Origin: Chlorokybus atmophyticus
Lineage: Eukaryota > Plantae > Mesostigma and Chlorokybus algae
DNA: 64,000 nt
Direction: 5' to 3'
Assembly: GCA_009103225.1 (NCBI GenBank)
Contig: RHPI01000797.1
Coordinates: 185,064-249,063, forward strand
A program made the position numbers and the translations under genes. Below are positions 24,280 to 37,901 of this stretch, one piece after another. The notes under the pieces were generated by a model that ran no database searches, was not told where the DNA came from, and was given only the letters and a program-made list of their open reading frames with translations. How positions within the stretch are numbered: the stretch's first letter is position 1; every line of letters begins with the position of its first letter.

Positions 24280-26817
24280 CATGTCAGGCACCACGTCGGG
24301 TGGGCGGTCCAGCAACTGCAGCGAAGGATGGGAGAATTTGGACGAAGAGATATGGGGGAAGAATGCTGGTGGTCCTTCTGATGAGCAGCTGCAGCATGAG
24401 TGGGAAACCAGTGAGGCGACTGTTCACCTGCGTGATCTTGAGACCACAGCAATGGTCTGCTTAAAAGTGAGCTTATGCATCAAGCATCCGCAATCAATGT
24501 CAGACCTTGCTGCCGAAGTCTGTTTCGTCCCATGTTGTACTAGTGCACCAATGTAAACTATGCAGGCACTGAAGGTCCTACATTGGCGTGGGAAGCATCA
24601 TGCCCGTGATCGTCGCAAGGTCACCAAGCTGGCCGACAAAGGCCGGATTTGCTACGAGTACTGTCGCATGATGCCGGGGAAGACTCAAACGAAGCAGGAC
24701 CCATTCAAGTTCGCTCTTGCAACCAAATGCTGGCATCTGCTGAATCCAGAGCTCTCCTATCAAATGGTTGGCAATTTCCCACAGTTACATGAGCCGTCAT
24801 GCAATATGGCAGCATTGTCTGAGCTGGGAGGAGTTTGCTTTGCATGTGTTGGCCTTCACAACTTCTTCATTGGTGGGTAGGCGCGTTTGAAGATTCAACA
24901 GTATCTGGGCAACAAAAAGGGATACAGCAACCCCAAGCACAAAGAGAAGCAGAAAGAAAAGAGTCGGAAGCGTTACAAGGAGATGATGGAGAAGGCTTTC
25001 GCGGGGGGCTTTGTGCCAAGGCGCAGGGGAGGGCCTAGCGACAAGAACAACAAGGTGTGTGTCATGTAGTGACTAAGGTGTTCGTGCGATGTGCATGTCT
25101 TGAGTGCCTTTGCCATGTGCTTGATAGAAAGCCAACAAGAAGAAGCCCAAGAAGTAAAAAGAAGTGCAACTTGCCAGCGACGACGAGGATGCCACTCCAG
25201 AGGGTGACCTACAGTTTGCACAAAGTTGGCTTTATCAATGTCGTGTTGAGAACGATGCTTTGTGTGTGATGGTGTCTTATGTATGCAGGTTGTGTGGTGT
25301 GTATGATGACCCCTTGTAATTGCACGGTGCCCACGCGTTCACATCCCGCCAGCGACGCCAGCGACGACAGAAATGGCACCTCGCAGCGTGAGCCGCGTCT
25401 TGCGCGCGCAGGCAGCTGCTGGAGTACTGTGTGTATATGCAGGCTTTTGTGATCGGTGCCTTGTGTATGCGATATGTAACAAGGAAGGCACTGCACCACA
25501 ACCCTCAAGTTCTCCTGCTACTGGTTCACAGGTCAGATGCCGCTCCTGCTTGTATTTTGCTAAACATGTGTTCATGATCGGTCATGACTGTTGTGTTCAG
25601 GCACGTGCCAAGCAGGGTGCTGATGTGCGTGACAGCAGCTCAGGGAAGCGCAAAGTGTCTGGTGAGGTACGCAGCATTGGACTTGATAGAGCGGCAATGC
25701 ACTGAGTTGTGGCTCACCATCTGACTTCATGCTGTTGGCAGGAGGATGAGGTGTCAAGCCCCCCCAAATAGAAAACAAACAAAACGGTTCGCTCGATACC
25801 GGCTCCCTACAAGTCTCAGGAGGCAGGTCACTCGACTGGCAAGCAGGAGACGGTGTTGGAGAAGAAGAGCGGCAAGCAAAAGGAGGTATGAAAGCACCAT
25901 GTACTTGATCTTATGGGCTTCTTGCGTTCTTCTGGCTGCACACAAACTGTCACCTGCGGCAGGCACGCATTCGTTGCGTGACGGTTGTAAGCTTGTTAAC
26001 ACGTCGTGTCACCTTGTCGCGCAGGATGAGCCAACGTATTCAGAAATGCCTGAGACAGATAGAAGCGAGAACAGCGGTGAAGATGGCGCCAAGGACAGCG
26101 CCCCGGACAGCGAGGGGGACAGCCCCAACAACAGCGACAACGACTCGCAGAAGGCAGGTCGCTTCGCAAGCGCTGTATGAGAGATCACATCTGTGTATGT
26201 GTGTACCTCTTGATGTGTTTGTCACTTGCATGCGCAGGAAGAGCTGAGCGACAAGGACGACACCGCACCGACGATGAAGGTTGGCAGTGAAGTCCAACTG
26301 TTCATTAACGGGCGCAAAGAACCAGTAGGGGAGGCGCACGTAAGCGACATCAATCCTGTCAACAAGTTTCATGGCAAGAAGATTGGAGAGGGCAACATGG
26401 TGGTCCAGTTCAGCCGCAGTCTTCCCATCACTAGGACCAGACGTCCCGGACCAGGGGAAGAAGAGGTTGTGCCTCTGCCAATCAGCTTCAAGCGTGATGG
26501 GGTTGGAGTGCAAGTGACCCACTTGAAAGGTGAACGCGTTTGTGTGCATGCGATTGCATGAACAGTTTTAACATTGTGCAAGTCAGCTGTGTTCATGTGT
26601 GGTTGATGTATGCGCAGAGTGCGAGCCGGGTTTGTTGCTACTTTGGCCTGTTGGGTTGCTGAAGAGTATCAAGGTGAGGGAGCCAGCAAAGGAAGGCACA
26701 ACCACACAGTGCGGGAGGGGCCGTGGGAAGGGCAGTCGGGGTGGGCGGGGTGGGCGCGGTGGGCGTGGTCGAGGCAGCAAGAAGTACGTAGCAGAGATAC
26801 ATTGTAGACATCAGTGA
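24280..26817 (+). CDS. CACTA ORF2 / TnpA (TNP1)-like multi-exon gene
   Basis: Exons from MSGTTSGGRSS (~24280) through KVGSEVQLFINGRKEPVGEAHVSDINPVNKFHGKKIGEGNMVVQF...VVPLP (26226-26530), a TNP1/En-Spm-like fold, ending in an RGRG tail. Followed by subterminal repeats. Confidence 0.6.
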
Positions 26818-26929
26818 ATTTGTTGTTCGAGTCAGCTGCCATTCAGCTGACATTGCTGTCCAAATTCACCGGCCGGACTGATTGCTATGTGCTATGTCAA
26901 AGCTATGCTATGTCACAGCTATTGACGAT

Positions 26930-27617
26930 AGCAAGATGCAGTGATTATTCAACCAAACAATGAGTGAATACCCACTTATATGTAGGACTGTGTGTGTGAG
27001 CAGAAGTGCTGTATTATTCAATTATAATTCGCGTGAAAAATCAACCAAAGGCAGCAGTGATTGTTCAACCATACTATGGGTGAATAACCACTTTAATATA
27101 GGACTATGTGTGAGAGCAGATATATAGTATTATTCAATCACAAATCGTATGAATAATCACTCGCTAGTATGGTACATGTGCTATTGAAACAGCTTTAGTG
27201 TGTGTGAACATTAAGCCAATATGCGTGTAAATAATTACGTATAAGCAGGACCTAGTGTGAGAAAAGGCGCTGCAAATATTCACGCACACAAAGTATGAAT
27301 AATCACTTGGTGCCATGGTACAAGTCTAGGACCATGCATACCTAAGAAGACTGAATATGCAGTTCTGTTGCGAGTGAATAACTACTCACATGTAAGAGGT
27401 TGTGTGCGAGATGGACAACTACAATTATTCATGACCAAAATGTGTGAATATCCATTGCTTGTATTCAGGGCATTTGGCCTGAATAATCAGCAATCGTAAC
27501 AGCGACCTCTGCAGCCACGCAAGTGGCGAGTTCACACATAAAACAGATGAGTATTCAGGGCAAATGCGCTGATTTTTCAGAAATTCGGGGGGTCCAGAAT
27601 TACCGGTGCCACAGGTG
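26930..27617. repeat. CACTA-type subterminal repeat array and candidate right terminus
   Basis: About ten copies of a TGAATAAYCAC-like motif in both orientations (e.g. 26941, 26964, 27058, 27080, 27150, 27297, 27375, 27480). The array ends in ...taccggtgccacaggtg, whose reverse complement starts CAC. Confidence 0.6.
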
Positions 27618-29200
27618 AAAGTGTATGCATGATAAAGTGTTCATGCTCTGCTGCCTGTCTCGATACCACTACCACTCACCACACTAGTGCTTGTGTGTGC
27701 ACTATGTAATGACAGTGATAACGAATGCATAAAGATGTGTCCTCAAATACAGACTGCACTATCTGATGCAGAATGCGACGCACTCATTTGAGCAAAGAGG
27801 GTGCCACTGTAAGTCAACAAGCCACTACTATAGGTAGTGCTAATTACACAGTTCTTTGCATGAGCGGAAAATGTGTTACATTGTTAAGTGTGAGGTGAAT
27901 GAGCAAGCAACACGTGGATACTATGCCCTGACTGATGCCAACAAACACATTGCAACCAAGCACACCAAGCTCACAGCAATGACAAGCACGATGCACACCA
28001 GCATGCACAGGCTCTCACACAGTGAGGGGTTCCTTGGTAAGCGGGATGGCGTGTTCGCAGTTCAAGTCGCTTCACAAGCTCTTAGCTTTCTCACTCGCAG
28101 TGTCCAGCTGATCTGGCGAACACCGTGACTACTTATACAAGTTGAATCACGACTGTTTAGAACATAAGCTAACGGTCATATCGAGGCTATTTCCACAGCA
28201 ATCCCCCCTCGATATAGAACACAGCTTATAAGTGAACTCACAACTGAACAGCTGTTGATTAGAGATGTTGCTTGCAACCATACACCGCCAATGAAGTGAC
28301 CAGAGAAGTGAACTAACTTAACAACCTGTGGCCTGTCGGCTCCGGGCCCTCAGTCTGGGTCCTACCAAAGAGCAGACCAGACTGCACCAGTCGTAGCTGC
28401 CTGCAGCCTATACATACAACTGCAGTCTATGAGTAGCTTATCAAGTACCAGCTTAATAAGCTACAATAGGGCTAGCTAAGCTGACTGGACAATAGCACAT
28501 AAGTGTCAAATGCTATACATGTAGAAAACACTGCATAACATGCTATATTTTCCACACTTGCACGCAGGCAGCTTGGCCAGCTCTGAATCTTCAGAACTTG
28601 GTCTTCTTTATCTTCATCTTCACTGTCCCGATGCCCAGTCCTTCACAACATGCCTTGAACTTCTTCACAGGCGGTGCCTTCGTCATGAAGTCAGCCAGCA
28701 TCTCTTCAATGCCATAGAAAATAAACTCAATCTCATTCCTCGCCACTCTGTCCCGCACAAAGTGGTGGTGCACATCAATGTGCTTGCTCTTTGCCGAGAG
28801 AATGGGATTCTTCAGTAGCTTGACTGCTCCTTGGTTTTCACATCGCATCTCCACGCTTCCACATGGATGACCAAGGTCTCCTAGCAATTTCCTAAGCCAC
28901 AATGCCTCCTTTGTCGCTGCTGCAGAGGCCATGTACTCTGCTTCTGTAGTGGAAGCTGCCACTGTCGGTTGCAGCTTGTTGTTCCACCTAACCACTCTAC
29001 CATTCAGCTTGAAAACATATCCAGTGGTTGACCTTGTGGTATCTAGGTCACCAGCATAATCTGCATCACAGTAGCCTTGCAACTCCTGGTTGCCCCGCCC
29101 ATACTGGATGCCAACTGTTGCTGTCCTTGAAGTAGCGCAGTATTCCTTTTGCTGCCAACCAATGCTGCATTGTTGGAGCAAACATGTACTTTGCCAATTG

Positions 29201-32200
29201 TGTAACAGCACCACCGTCGCCGGTGATGCCCCTTCAATCCTCTACCCCAACACCCACACCGCCTATGACAAGCCTTTCAACGGCGTGGCCGCCACTGAGC
29301 AGAGAACTGAAAAGTCCCCACATCAGATTGATGTGACCTTTTATATCAAGAGTATATCAACTATATACCTCTCGATAATTAACTCACAACTAGACATCGA
29401 CCCTACAGATAGGGTAGTTAGGAAATCTAGCGTGAGCCAATCACAGCTCAGATAAGGTACATATCGATAAGGTACCTATCCAAAGATACATATCGTAAGG
29501 TACCCAACGAGATAGTGATCGCATTATATCAAATGTGACACTAAATAGGCTTGAATAAGCGTATCTACACCCATTGGGACTTATTTAAGCTATGATAAAG
29601 CATCATAGCCTTTAATAAGCGAGGAACCGTAGAAAAGAGGTATAAACAAGCATATTTAAATACTTATTTATACAAAATGTGTTATTTAGGTAGAAATAAT
29701 ACCCCTATTATTATTTCTCCCGTTACATTCCCCCCCACTTAGGTTTTCAACGTCCTCGTTGAACTCAAGTTGATCCGGCTTGATTTCGAGTAATTGTAAC
29801 CAGTGAGATAGCAGGAAATGACCGGGTGGTAATGAAACTGCACTGCCAGTCTGTCATAAAACCAAGCCCACAGTTTATGGGACAGGACATGAATCCCAAT
29901 AAGCTCGAAGCAACTCGCGGCAGTACGTAAGATGCCTGTCGGGCTCCCAACTGTTATGTTCCGGGCCATACCCTTTCCATTTCACCAAATAGCGAGTTGC
30001 GCGTCCTCGACTATTTAGCTTATGGTTCAATATAGCTTCCACCTCATATTCGAGCTCGCTGTCCACCTCAACTGGCGGTGGTGGAGGCTGTGTTCTACCA
30101 ACTGAGCGGTAAGGTTTCAACAAGTTTACATGGAACACGTTGTGTATACGCACACTTGGGGGCAATTGCAGTCGATAAGCGTGCGTACCAACTCTATCAG
30201 TGATAGAGAAAGGACCTAACCATCGGGGCAGCAACTTGCGAGCACCCGTACCTTTGATGGTTATGTTTTTTGCATTAAGCAAAACTTTATCGCCGACATC
30301 GAAAGTGGCCATTTTTCGATGTGTATCAGCATAAGCTTTTTGCATGTCCTGTGCTTTTGACAGACACAGCTTGGCTCGAGCCGAATGTTCTTAAATATTA
30401 GTGGCAAATTCCTTTGCCGCTGGTACAGTCAGGGCATTGCGAGGTACACGCAATGACGCTGGTGTGTTCGGGCGAATCCCATACTTCAAGAAAAATGGGG
30501 TTTCCTTTACACTTTCCTGCCACGCGTTGTTCACAGCGAACTCTGCCATTGGCAAGTACCTGTCCCAATCAGCATGATTAGGAGCCACATAGTGGCGAAG
30601 CATTTCTTCCAGTATTTGATTTGCTCGCTCAGTTTGATCGTCCGTTTGCGGGTAGAAAGCAGTCGACATGCTTTGTTTTACCCCCAACAATTCACAGACT
30701 TCTCGCCAAAACTTGGAGACAAACCGAGGATCACGATCTGTGACAAGTTCACGCGGTACACCATGAACGCGAAAGACCGTGGACACAAATAAGTGTGCCA
30801 AGTCCCGTGCACTTACAGTTGTGCAACACGGGGCAAAATGCACCATTTTAGTCAAACGGTCGACAAAAACCACAATAGCAGTGTATTTAGCTGCTGTTTC
30901 AGGTAGGTCAGTAATCAAATCCATACTGACACTATCCCACTTTTGTTCTGGAATTGCCAATGGTTTAAACAATCCCGCTTGTTTTTGTCGTAGTGGCTTA
31001 TTACGTTGACACACGTCACATGTGCGAACATATCGATTCACGTCAGCTGACATTGACGGCCACCAGTATAATTGTTGCGCAGATTTGAGTGTTTTGTGTT
31101 TCCCCAAATGCCCAGCATACGGCGGGTCATGCATTAAATGTAAGCATTGCTTACGCAAGTCTTCCGAGTTGGGAATTGCCAACTGCTCCCCTTTATACCA
31201 CAGATTGCTAACAGCAGTAAGCTGTTGCAAGTTGGTTTGACTGCTAAACCAATCATCTGAGTTATAACATGTGGACACTTCCTTTAAGAAAGGATCTTCA
31301 GGCTGTTGTACATTACGCGTACTTCGAGAGCGCGTAAGTGCTAAAAGAGCAGTGCTGCGACTTAGTGGATCCGCCACATTGGTGCGACCCGGACGGTATT
31401 GCCAAGTGAAAGTGAAACGAGAAATGAATTCATTCCACCTAGCTTGCCGCCTCGACAGATTTTGTTGCGTATGAAAGAATGTGAGCGGGTTGTGATCAGT
31501 AATCACTGAAAACTCCACCCCTTCCAAGTAGCAACGCCATGTGCGCAGCGCGTGCACCACCCCGAGCAATTCCTGCTCAGTGGTTGTGTAATTACGTTCA
31601 GCAGGAATGAACTTTCTGCTTTCATATGCACATGGTCTGTCATCCTGTAGAAGGACTGCCCCACACCCAATGGTGGAAGCATCACTGATCACCACAAAAG
31701 GCTTGGTGTGGTCGGGGAAGGCTAACACAGGGGCTTGTGTTAATGCATCTTTAATGCGTGTAAAAGCAACCTCGTGTGCCTCCGTCCATACAAATTTAAC
31801 ATCTTTTTTTAGTAAAGATGTTAAAGGATTTTCCATGCCAGAATATGCTCGCATGAACTTGCGGAAATAATTGGCTAGCCCCAAGAAAGCACGTAACTGA
31901 TGTACATCCTTGGGTGGTGGCCAATCCTTTACCGCACACACCTTTTGAGGATCTGGTTTCAATCCTTCTTTACCAATCTCATGCCCTAAAAAGGGTAGTT
32001 CATCCTTTGCAAAGTTGCATTTGGACAGGTTGGCATAGAATTTGTGTTCGCGTAACTTAGCTAGATTCAATTCCACATGCCTGTGGTGGTCCTCCCGGGT
32101 TTTGCTGAACACAATAATGTCGTTTAGATATACCAGTACAAACTTGTACAATTCATCAGCAAATACTGCGTTCATTGCTGTCTGAAATGTAGCCGGTGCA

Positions 32201-35200
32201 TTTGTTAACCCAAATGATAACACTTTATACTCAAAGTGTCCGAGTGGGGTGCGAAATGCAGTTTTTTGTATATCCGACGGGTGGATTTTGATTTGATGAT
32301 AACCACTGGTCAAATCCAGCGTGCTGAACACTGTTGCACCTGACAGCTTATCAAACAAATCATCAATCCGAGGCAAAGGGTATCTGTTTTTCACAGTTAC
32401 CTTGTTCAACGCACGGTAATCAATACACATGCGTAGCTTGCCATTCTTTTTGGGCACAAACAAAATTGGTGCACAAAAAGGAGATATGCTCTTTGATATT
32501 AAACCCTTGTCTAATAACTCTTTGAGCTGTTTTTCCATCTCCGCGTGTTCCAAGGGACTTAGCCTGTATATAGGCCGCCAAGGTGGCTTTGCCCCCTCCT
32601 CTAACGGAATGGTATGATGTATGTATCGATCGGGAGGCAACTCTGGGAGTTCATCCTGAAATACATCTGCGTATTGTTCCGTAAGTGATTGCACCACAGG
32701 GTCACTGATAGCCTGTTCAGCAGGTGTTTCCACCTGTCGTAAGTGCAGTAAGTATACTTCCTCACGTTTACGCATGCAACGTTTCAATTGCATAGCAGAG
32801 AGGAGCGGAACATTATCGCGAGGTATACGTGCGAGTACAGATCCTGTTAAAGTCATCATACGTTTCCCTTTACGAAGGGTGCACGTATTGGCTCGAGAGT
32901 CTAATTGTAAACCTGCTTCAGTGTGCCACTGTTCCCCTAAAACAACATCCACCCCGGGGATACCAATATCCACCACGATGAAGGCTAGTCGGGTTTTATG
33001 GCCATTGATAACAAAATGCCCTTTTACCTCTCCCATTGCATTGAGAGTGGAACCAGCAGCACGTACATATGACGTGACTGGTGTGAAAGGAATGTTATTA
33101 CGTTTCACCCAAGCATGTTCAACAAAGTTATGGTTTGCACCAGTATCAATCAATGCTGTACATGGTGTACCCATAAGTTGACTCTCAAATCTCCATTTGA
33201 GTGGCACTGAGTGACCATCAAATGTAGCTAATGTCGGAGTGCCGTGATTGGTAGCAGACTTGATAAAGATCACTTGCAACGGTGAAGCTCCTGTATCTTT
33301 GCGTGAGAGTTGCATGATTAATTCTCCCCTTTTCAACAATCGCGACCACGGGCCATGATATCGAGGGATAACTACACAAGCAGTGACAGCATGTTGTAAT
33401 TGCAACTCGTGTAAGTGCTTAACAGCAGTTACTAATTCAGAGAATGGAACATTGATTAACACACAACCGTTTGCATTTCTCAACACAGGTGGTGTGCTCA
33501 TATCAGTCCATACATCTGATACATCACAAAGAGAGGAAACTCTATCAAGAAGTACAGAGTTTTTAAAGTCGTTCTGCTCGACTAAGCTACCAACCACGGA
33601 CAATTCCTATTTCTTATCTCTTTGCTGCTTGGCCTTCTGTGCATTCTGTTTTGCATAGCACTTAGCCTCCCCATGACATGTCTTCTTGCAGACACTGCAA
33701 GTGATGATGGATTTGGCCGCGTTGTAGGGGCTAGCAGGATGAGATGTTTTCGCCTTTTTCAACAAAAGGTTTGTTGTCATAGGCCGGGCGCTTTGCAGCT
33801 GAAACCGGGGCTGCCTCTTTTGCGGTGGTTTGCGTGAGAGCGTTTTACACTGTCCACAGCAGCAACCATCTGCATCAGCATTGGTAAATCCGTCGAGGCC
33901 CACTCTTGCAAACTTGCGGGGTTGACGGCCACATGCTGCACGAGATCTGTGTCCAAGCGACGCCTGAACATATCCAGCTGATCAGCATCACTGATAGGTA
34001 GTTTGCCAGCATTGATCTTGCTGACAAATGACTGAAAATCCTGGATATACTGCTGAACCGGACGCCCGTTCTGACGCAGGTTGTGCAGCTGGTTGCGAGC
34101 AACCTGGGCAGGATCTGCACCACCGTAGCGCTGTTCCATGAAAGAGCACAACTGATTTACTTCCCGCCCGAGGTTCACATCACGTTGCTTACGGCGATAC
34201 CACTCTGCAAGGGCATCGTTCGGAATCAGCAACTCAGCTATACGCAACTTCCCCTCCTCAAAAATGTGAAGGGAGTTGACATAGTGTCGCAACTTCATAA
34301 GCCAGTCGAAGATGGCCGCTTGCTTGTTGGGAACAAACTCGGCAGGACGAGCAAGTCCTTGAACAGGTGGACCACCGTCAGCACGTTGAAGACGCTCGAT
34401 CATGTTCAGAACACGTTTGCCTTCACCCATCTGCCCCTCCCAATCTCGCCCCATAAAGGTGGTGAGCTTTGAAACTTTTTCTGCCAAATGGAAGAGAAAG
34501 TTCACGAATGAGAATTGCCTCACGAGGGTCCTGATCATAGGTGCTAAGGAAATGCTGCATCAAGTCCTGCTGTGTCATGCGAATAGATAACTCAGGGAAT
34601 ATAGAAGGTGATCTATCATCCACTGAAGCTTCCGCAGCTTTGGCAGCTTGAGACTCATCAGGTGCATCATCCGGATTCGGAATATCTTCCATGGATGGAA
34701 ATTCCTCCTCACGGGAAGGTTGCTCTTTTTCCGAGCTCTCCCCTTTTTAGGTGGGCACCGAGTTTTCTTCCATTTGTCTCACACGTGGAGAGGCCGCCTC
34801 TTTGGTAGGTGGCTTCAACGTGGAGGTAGCGCAGGGAAGTGAACTTGAAGCTTGGGCTGCGTGGACGAATAGGAGGCCGCCGCCGACGCCTTCTGATTGG
34901 CCGAAAGCAGGTCGCCGCCCCCTATAAGTACCCACGTCACCCCCCAGCTCCTGGATACCAATGTCACAGCACCACCGTCGCCGGTGATGCCCCTTCAATC
35001 CTCTACCCCAACACCCACACCGCCTATGACAAGCCTTTCAACGGCGTGGCCGCCACTGAGCAGAGAACTGAAAAGTCCCCACATCAGATTGATGTGACCT
35101 TTTATATCAAGAGTATATCAACTATATACCTCTCGGTAATTAACTCACAACTAGACATCGACCCTACAGATAGGGTAGTTAGGACATTTAGCGTGAGCCA

Positions 35201-35488
35201 ATCACAGCTCAGATAAGGTACATATCGATAAGGTACCTATTCAAAGATACCTATCGTAAGGTACCTAACGAGATAGTGATCACATTATATAAAATGTGAC
35301 ACTAATCAGGCTTGAATAAGCGGTTCTACACCCATTGGGACTTATTTAAGCTATGATAAAGCATCATAGCCTTTAATAAGCGAGGAACCGTAGAAAAGAG
35401 GTATAAACAAGCATATTTAAATACTTATTTATACAAAATGTGTTATTTAGGTAGCAATAATACCCCTATTATTATTGCTCCCGTTACA
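29201..35488 (-). mobile_element. Full-length Ty3/gypsy chromovirus inserted in the copia RT/RNase H junction
   Basis: 527-bp LTRs 29201-29727 and 34962-35488 (15 substitutions counted by eye). TSD AATTG at 29196-29200 and 35489-35493. PBS TGGTATCCAGGAG (tRNA-Met type) and a polypurine tract next to 29728. Confidence 0.97.
29875..34538 (-). pseudogene. Chromovirus gag-pol (gag, zinc knuckle, PR, RT, RH, IN, chromodomain), inactivated
   Basis: Gag 33777-34538; knuckle CSVCKKTCHGEAKC; ALIDTGANHNF; RT YLND instead of YxDD; in-frame TAA at 30391 before the chromodomain YEVEAILNHK...YLVKWKGYGPEHNSWEP. Confidence 0.92.
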
Positions 35489-37444
35489 AATTGTCCCACA
35501 GCATGTGCAATGTCAGGCCGCGACGCTATGGACAGGTAGACAAGGCTCCCCACAAGCTCGCAGTAGGGATACTTTGCCTTCGCCAGCTCTTCATCACTGT
35601 CCAGTGCTCTCACCAACTGAAATCCCACGCTCAGTGGCACCTCTCTAACAATTGCGTTGTCGAGACCAAACTTTGTCACCAGCTGCTTCACCGCTTGTTC
35701 TTGCGAAATGGTGGTGGTTCCAGCAGCTCTGTCTCTAATGACAACCATACTCAAGTAGTATGTTGTCTCGCCCAAACCTCTGCACTCAATCACAGCCTGC
35801 AGTTGAGTCTTCACTCGCTGCACCCCTGACATTTTTGACGCTGCAATTAAAATGTCGTTCACGTACACCAACAGCCACACTTGCTTGCTCTCGTGGTAGA
35901 ACAAGCTTGGATCTGCTAAACTTGCAGTAAACCCCTGCTTCTGGAGCTCCTTGCACAGTTTTGCATGCCATACCCGTGGAGCCTGCTTAAAGCCATATAA
36001 TGCCTTCACCAATTTGCATGCTGTACCAGGTGGCCCCTCCTGATACCCTCTCGGTTGCTGAATGTAGATTCTCTCTTCCAGCTCCCCATACAGAAACGCT
36101 GTCTTCACATCCAAGTGATGGAACTCCAGGTTGTCTGCTGACACAACTGCCACAATAGCTGTAAAGGTTGCCAACTTCCCCGCCGGTGCCAACACCTCAT
36201 TGAAGTCAATTCCTTCTTGCTGCAGAAACCCTTTGACAACCAATCTGGCCTTGTACCTTTCAATGTTGCCATTGCCGTCCCTCTTCACCTTGAAAACCCA
36301 CTTGACAGGAGTAGGCTTGATAGCCCTGCAGGTGGAACTTCAAGTTTCCATGTTGCATTGGCATGCAGCGAGGCTATCTCTTCATCCATTGCCTAACGCC
36401 AGCTGTCTGCATCAGTCCTTAAGAGTGCTTCTTCATATGTCGCTGGCTCCACACTCTGTGAGCCCGCCGTATAGCCAAACTCTTTATAAAAACGAACAAG
36501 ACCCTTCCTGTCGCGCTCAGAATAATGCCCCCTGCCTTGCTGTTGGTTTTGCTGCTGCTGATGACTCCTCTAATCTCTGCGCGCAGCGCTGCTCACTTTC
36601 TTAGGGCTGAGCTCCCTTTCTGAACCAGAATTACTGTCCACCAAATATGAAACAGTAGTTGCTGTGCTGGACTCAAGCTGTTGTTATCATCATCAGTGCC
36701 TTCATCTTCTGATGAATCGTTGTCACTGATCTCCTGCAGCTGCTGTGCTCCCACGGCTTCATGGAATACAACTTCTCTGCCGATCACAGTCTGAGTATCC
36801 TCCAGCAGCACCCTATAAGCCTTGGAGTCAGGCTCATAGCCAAGGAAAACACCTTTCTTGCTGACTGAGTCCAGCTTCGTCCTTTGCTGCTTGGGTGTTA
36901 ACACATATGCAGTGCAGCCAAACCCTCGCATGTTGCTGACGTCTTGAGCCTTCACGAAGAACAGCTCCCATGGAGTCTTTGCTTGAGCACGCTTTGACGA
37001 TTTATTCCTGATGTAGTTGGCTGTCAAGACCGCTTCTGCCCACCAGCAATACTCCAACTTTGCATTACTCAGCATGGCTCTCACTCTTTCCAACAAAGTC
37101 AGATTTAGCCTCTCTGCTGCACCACTCTGCTGCGGAGTGTACGGGGCTGTTGTCTGATGCACAATGCCTTGTGAAGACCAGAATGCAGACAGCTTCTCTT
37201 GTTCAGGTACTCCCCTCCTCTGTCACTTCTGACTGTCTTCACAAAATTACCAGACACATTCTTCAACCACAATACCACCTCTTTCACCACAGCTGGGACA
37301 TCTGACTGGAGCTTCACAAGACACACCAATGACAGCTTGGAGAAGTCATTAAGGAAGGTGACAATGTAGGATGCTCCCTCCTTCGATGGCTCTGGTAACG
37401 GACCACACACATCTATGTGCACCAACTGTCCAACGTGCTCGCTG

Positions 37445-37901
37445 TGTTGACATACACGCGTGCAAGTGACACGCCAACAACATCAACACAAGAGCATGAC
37501 CGCTACTGCCGCCATAGCATCCGCACACATGCTACATCGTGACCTCTCATCTTCATTGCAACAAGTATGGGCTTTATGCCCCGCCAGTCTCTACACACGT
37601 CTACATTGGCAAGCACCGCGTGCGCTATACTCAGCCGATTGCTGTTTTGTAAGCTACGATGTCTAGCTCACAACCAGAGCTGTCCAACAAGCTAAGCCAC
37701 ATCTGCTAAGCTTACGTATCCACGAAGCTACGCAATTTCTCCCAAGGCTCTACCAAGCAGCCTGGTCCGGAGTCCGTCATGACTCGACCGTCTTGCTAGG
37801 TCTGATGTCCACGCGCTTCTTCCTGGTACCTTCGACCCTCGACTCCTGTATAAAGGGCAAGCTGACCGGATACAAGCATCACCCCTGTAATACCTTCAAC
37901 A
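37445..37901. mobile_element. Solo LTR (457 bp) inserted in the copia integrase region
   Basis: TGTTG...CAACA termini with TSD CGCTG at 37440-37444 and 37902-37906. Removing it restores SQSVSEHVGQLVHIDVCGP. Confidence 0.92.
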
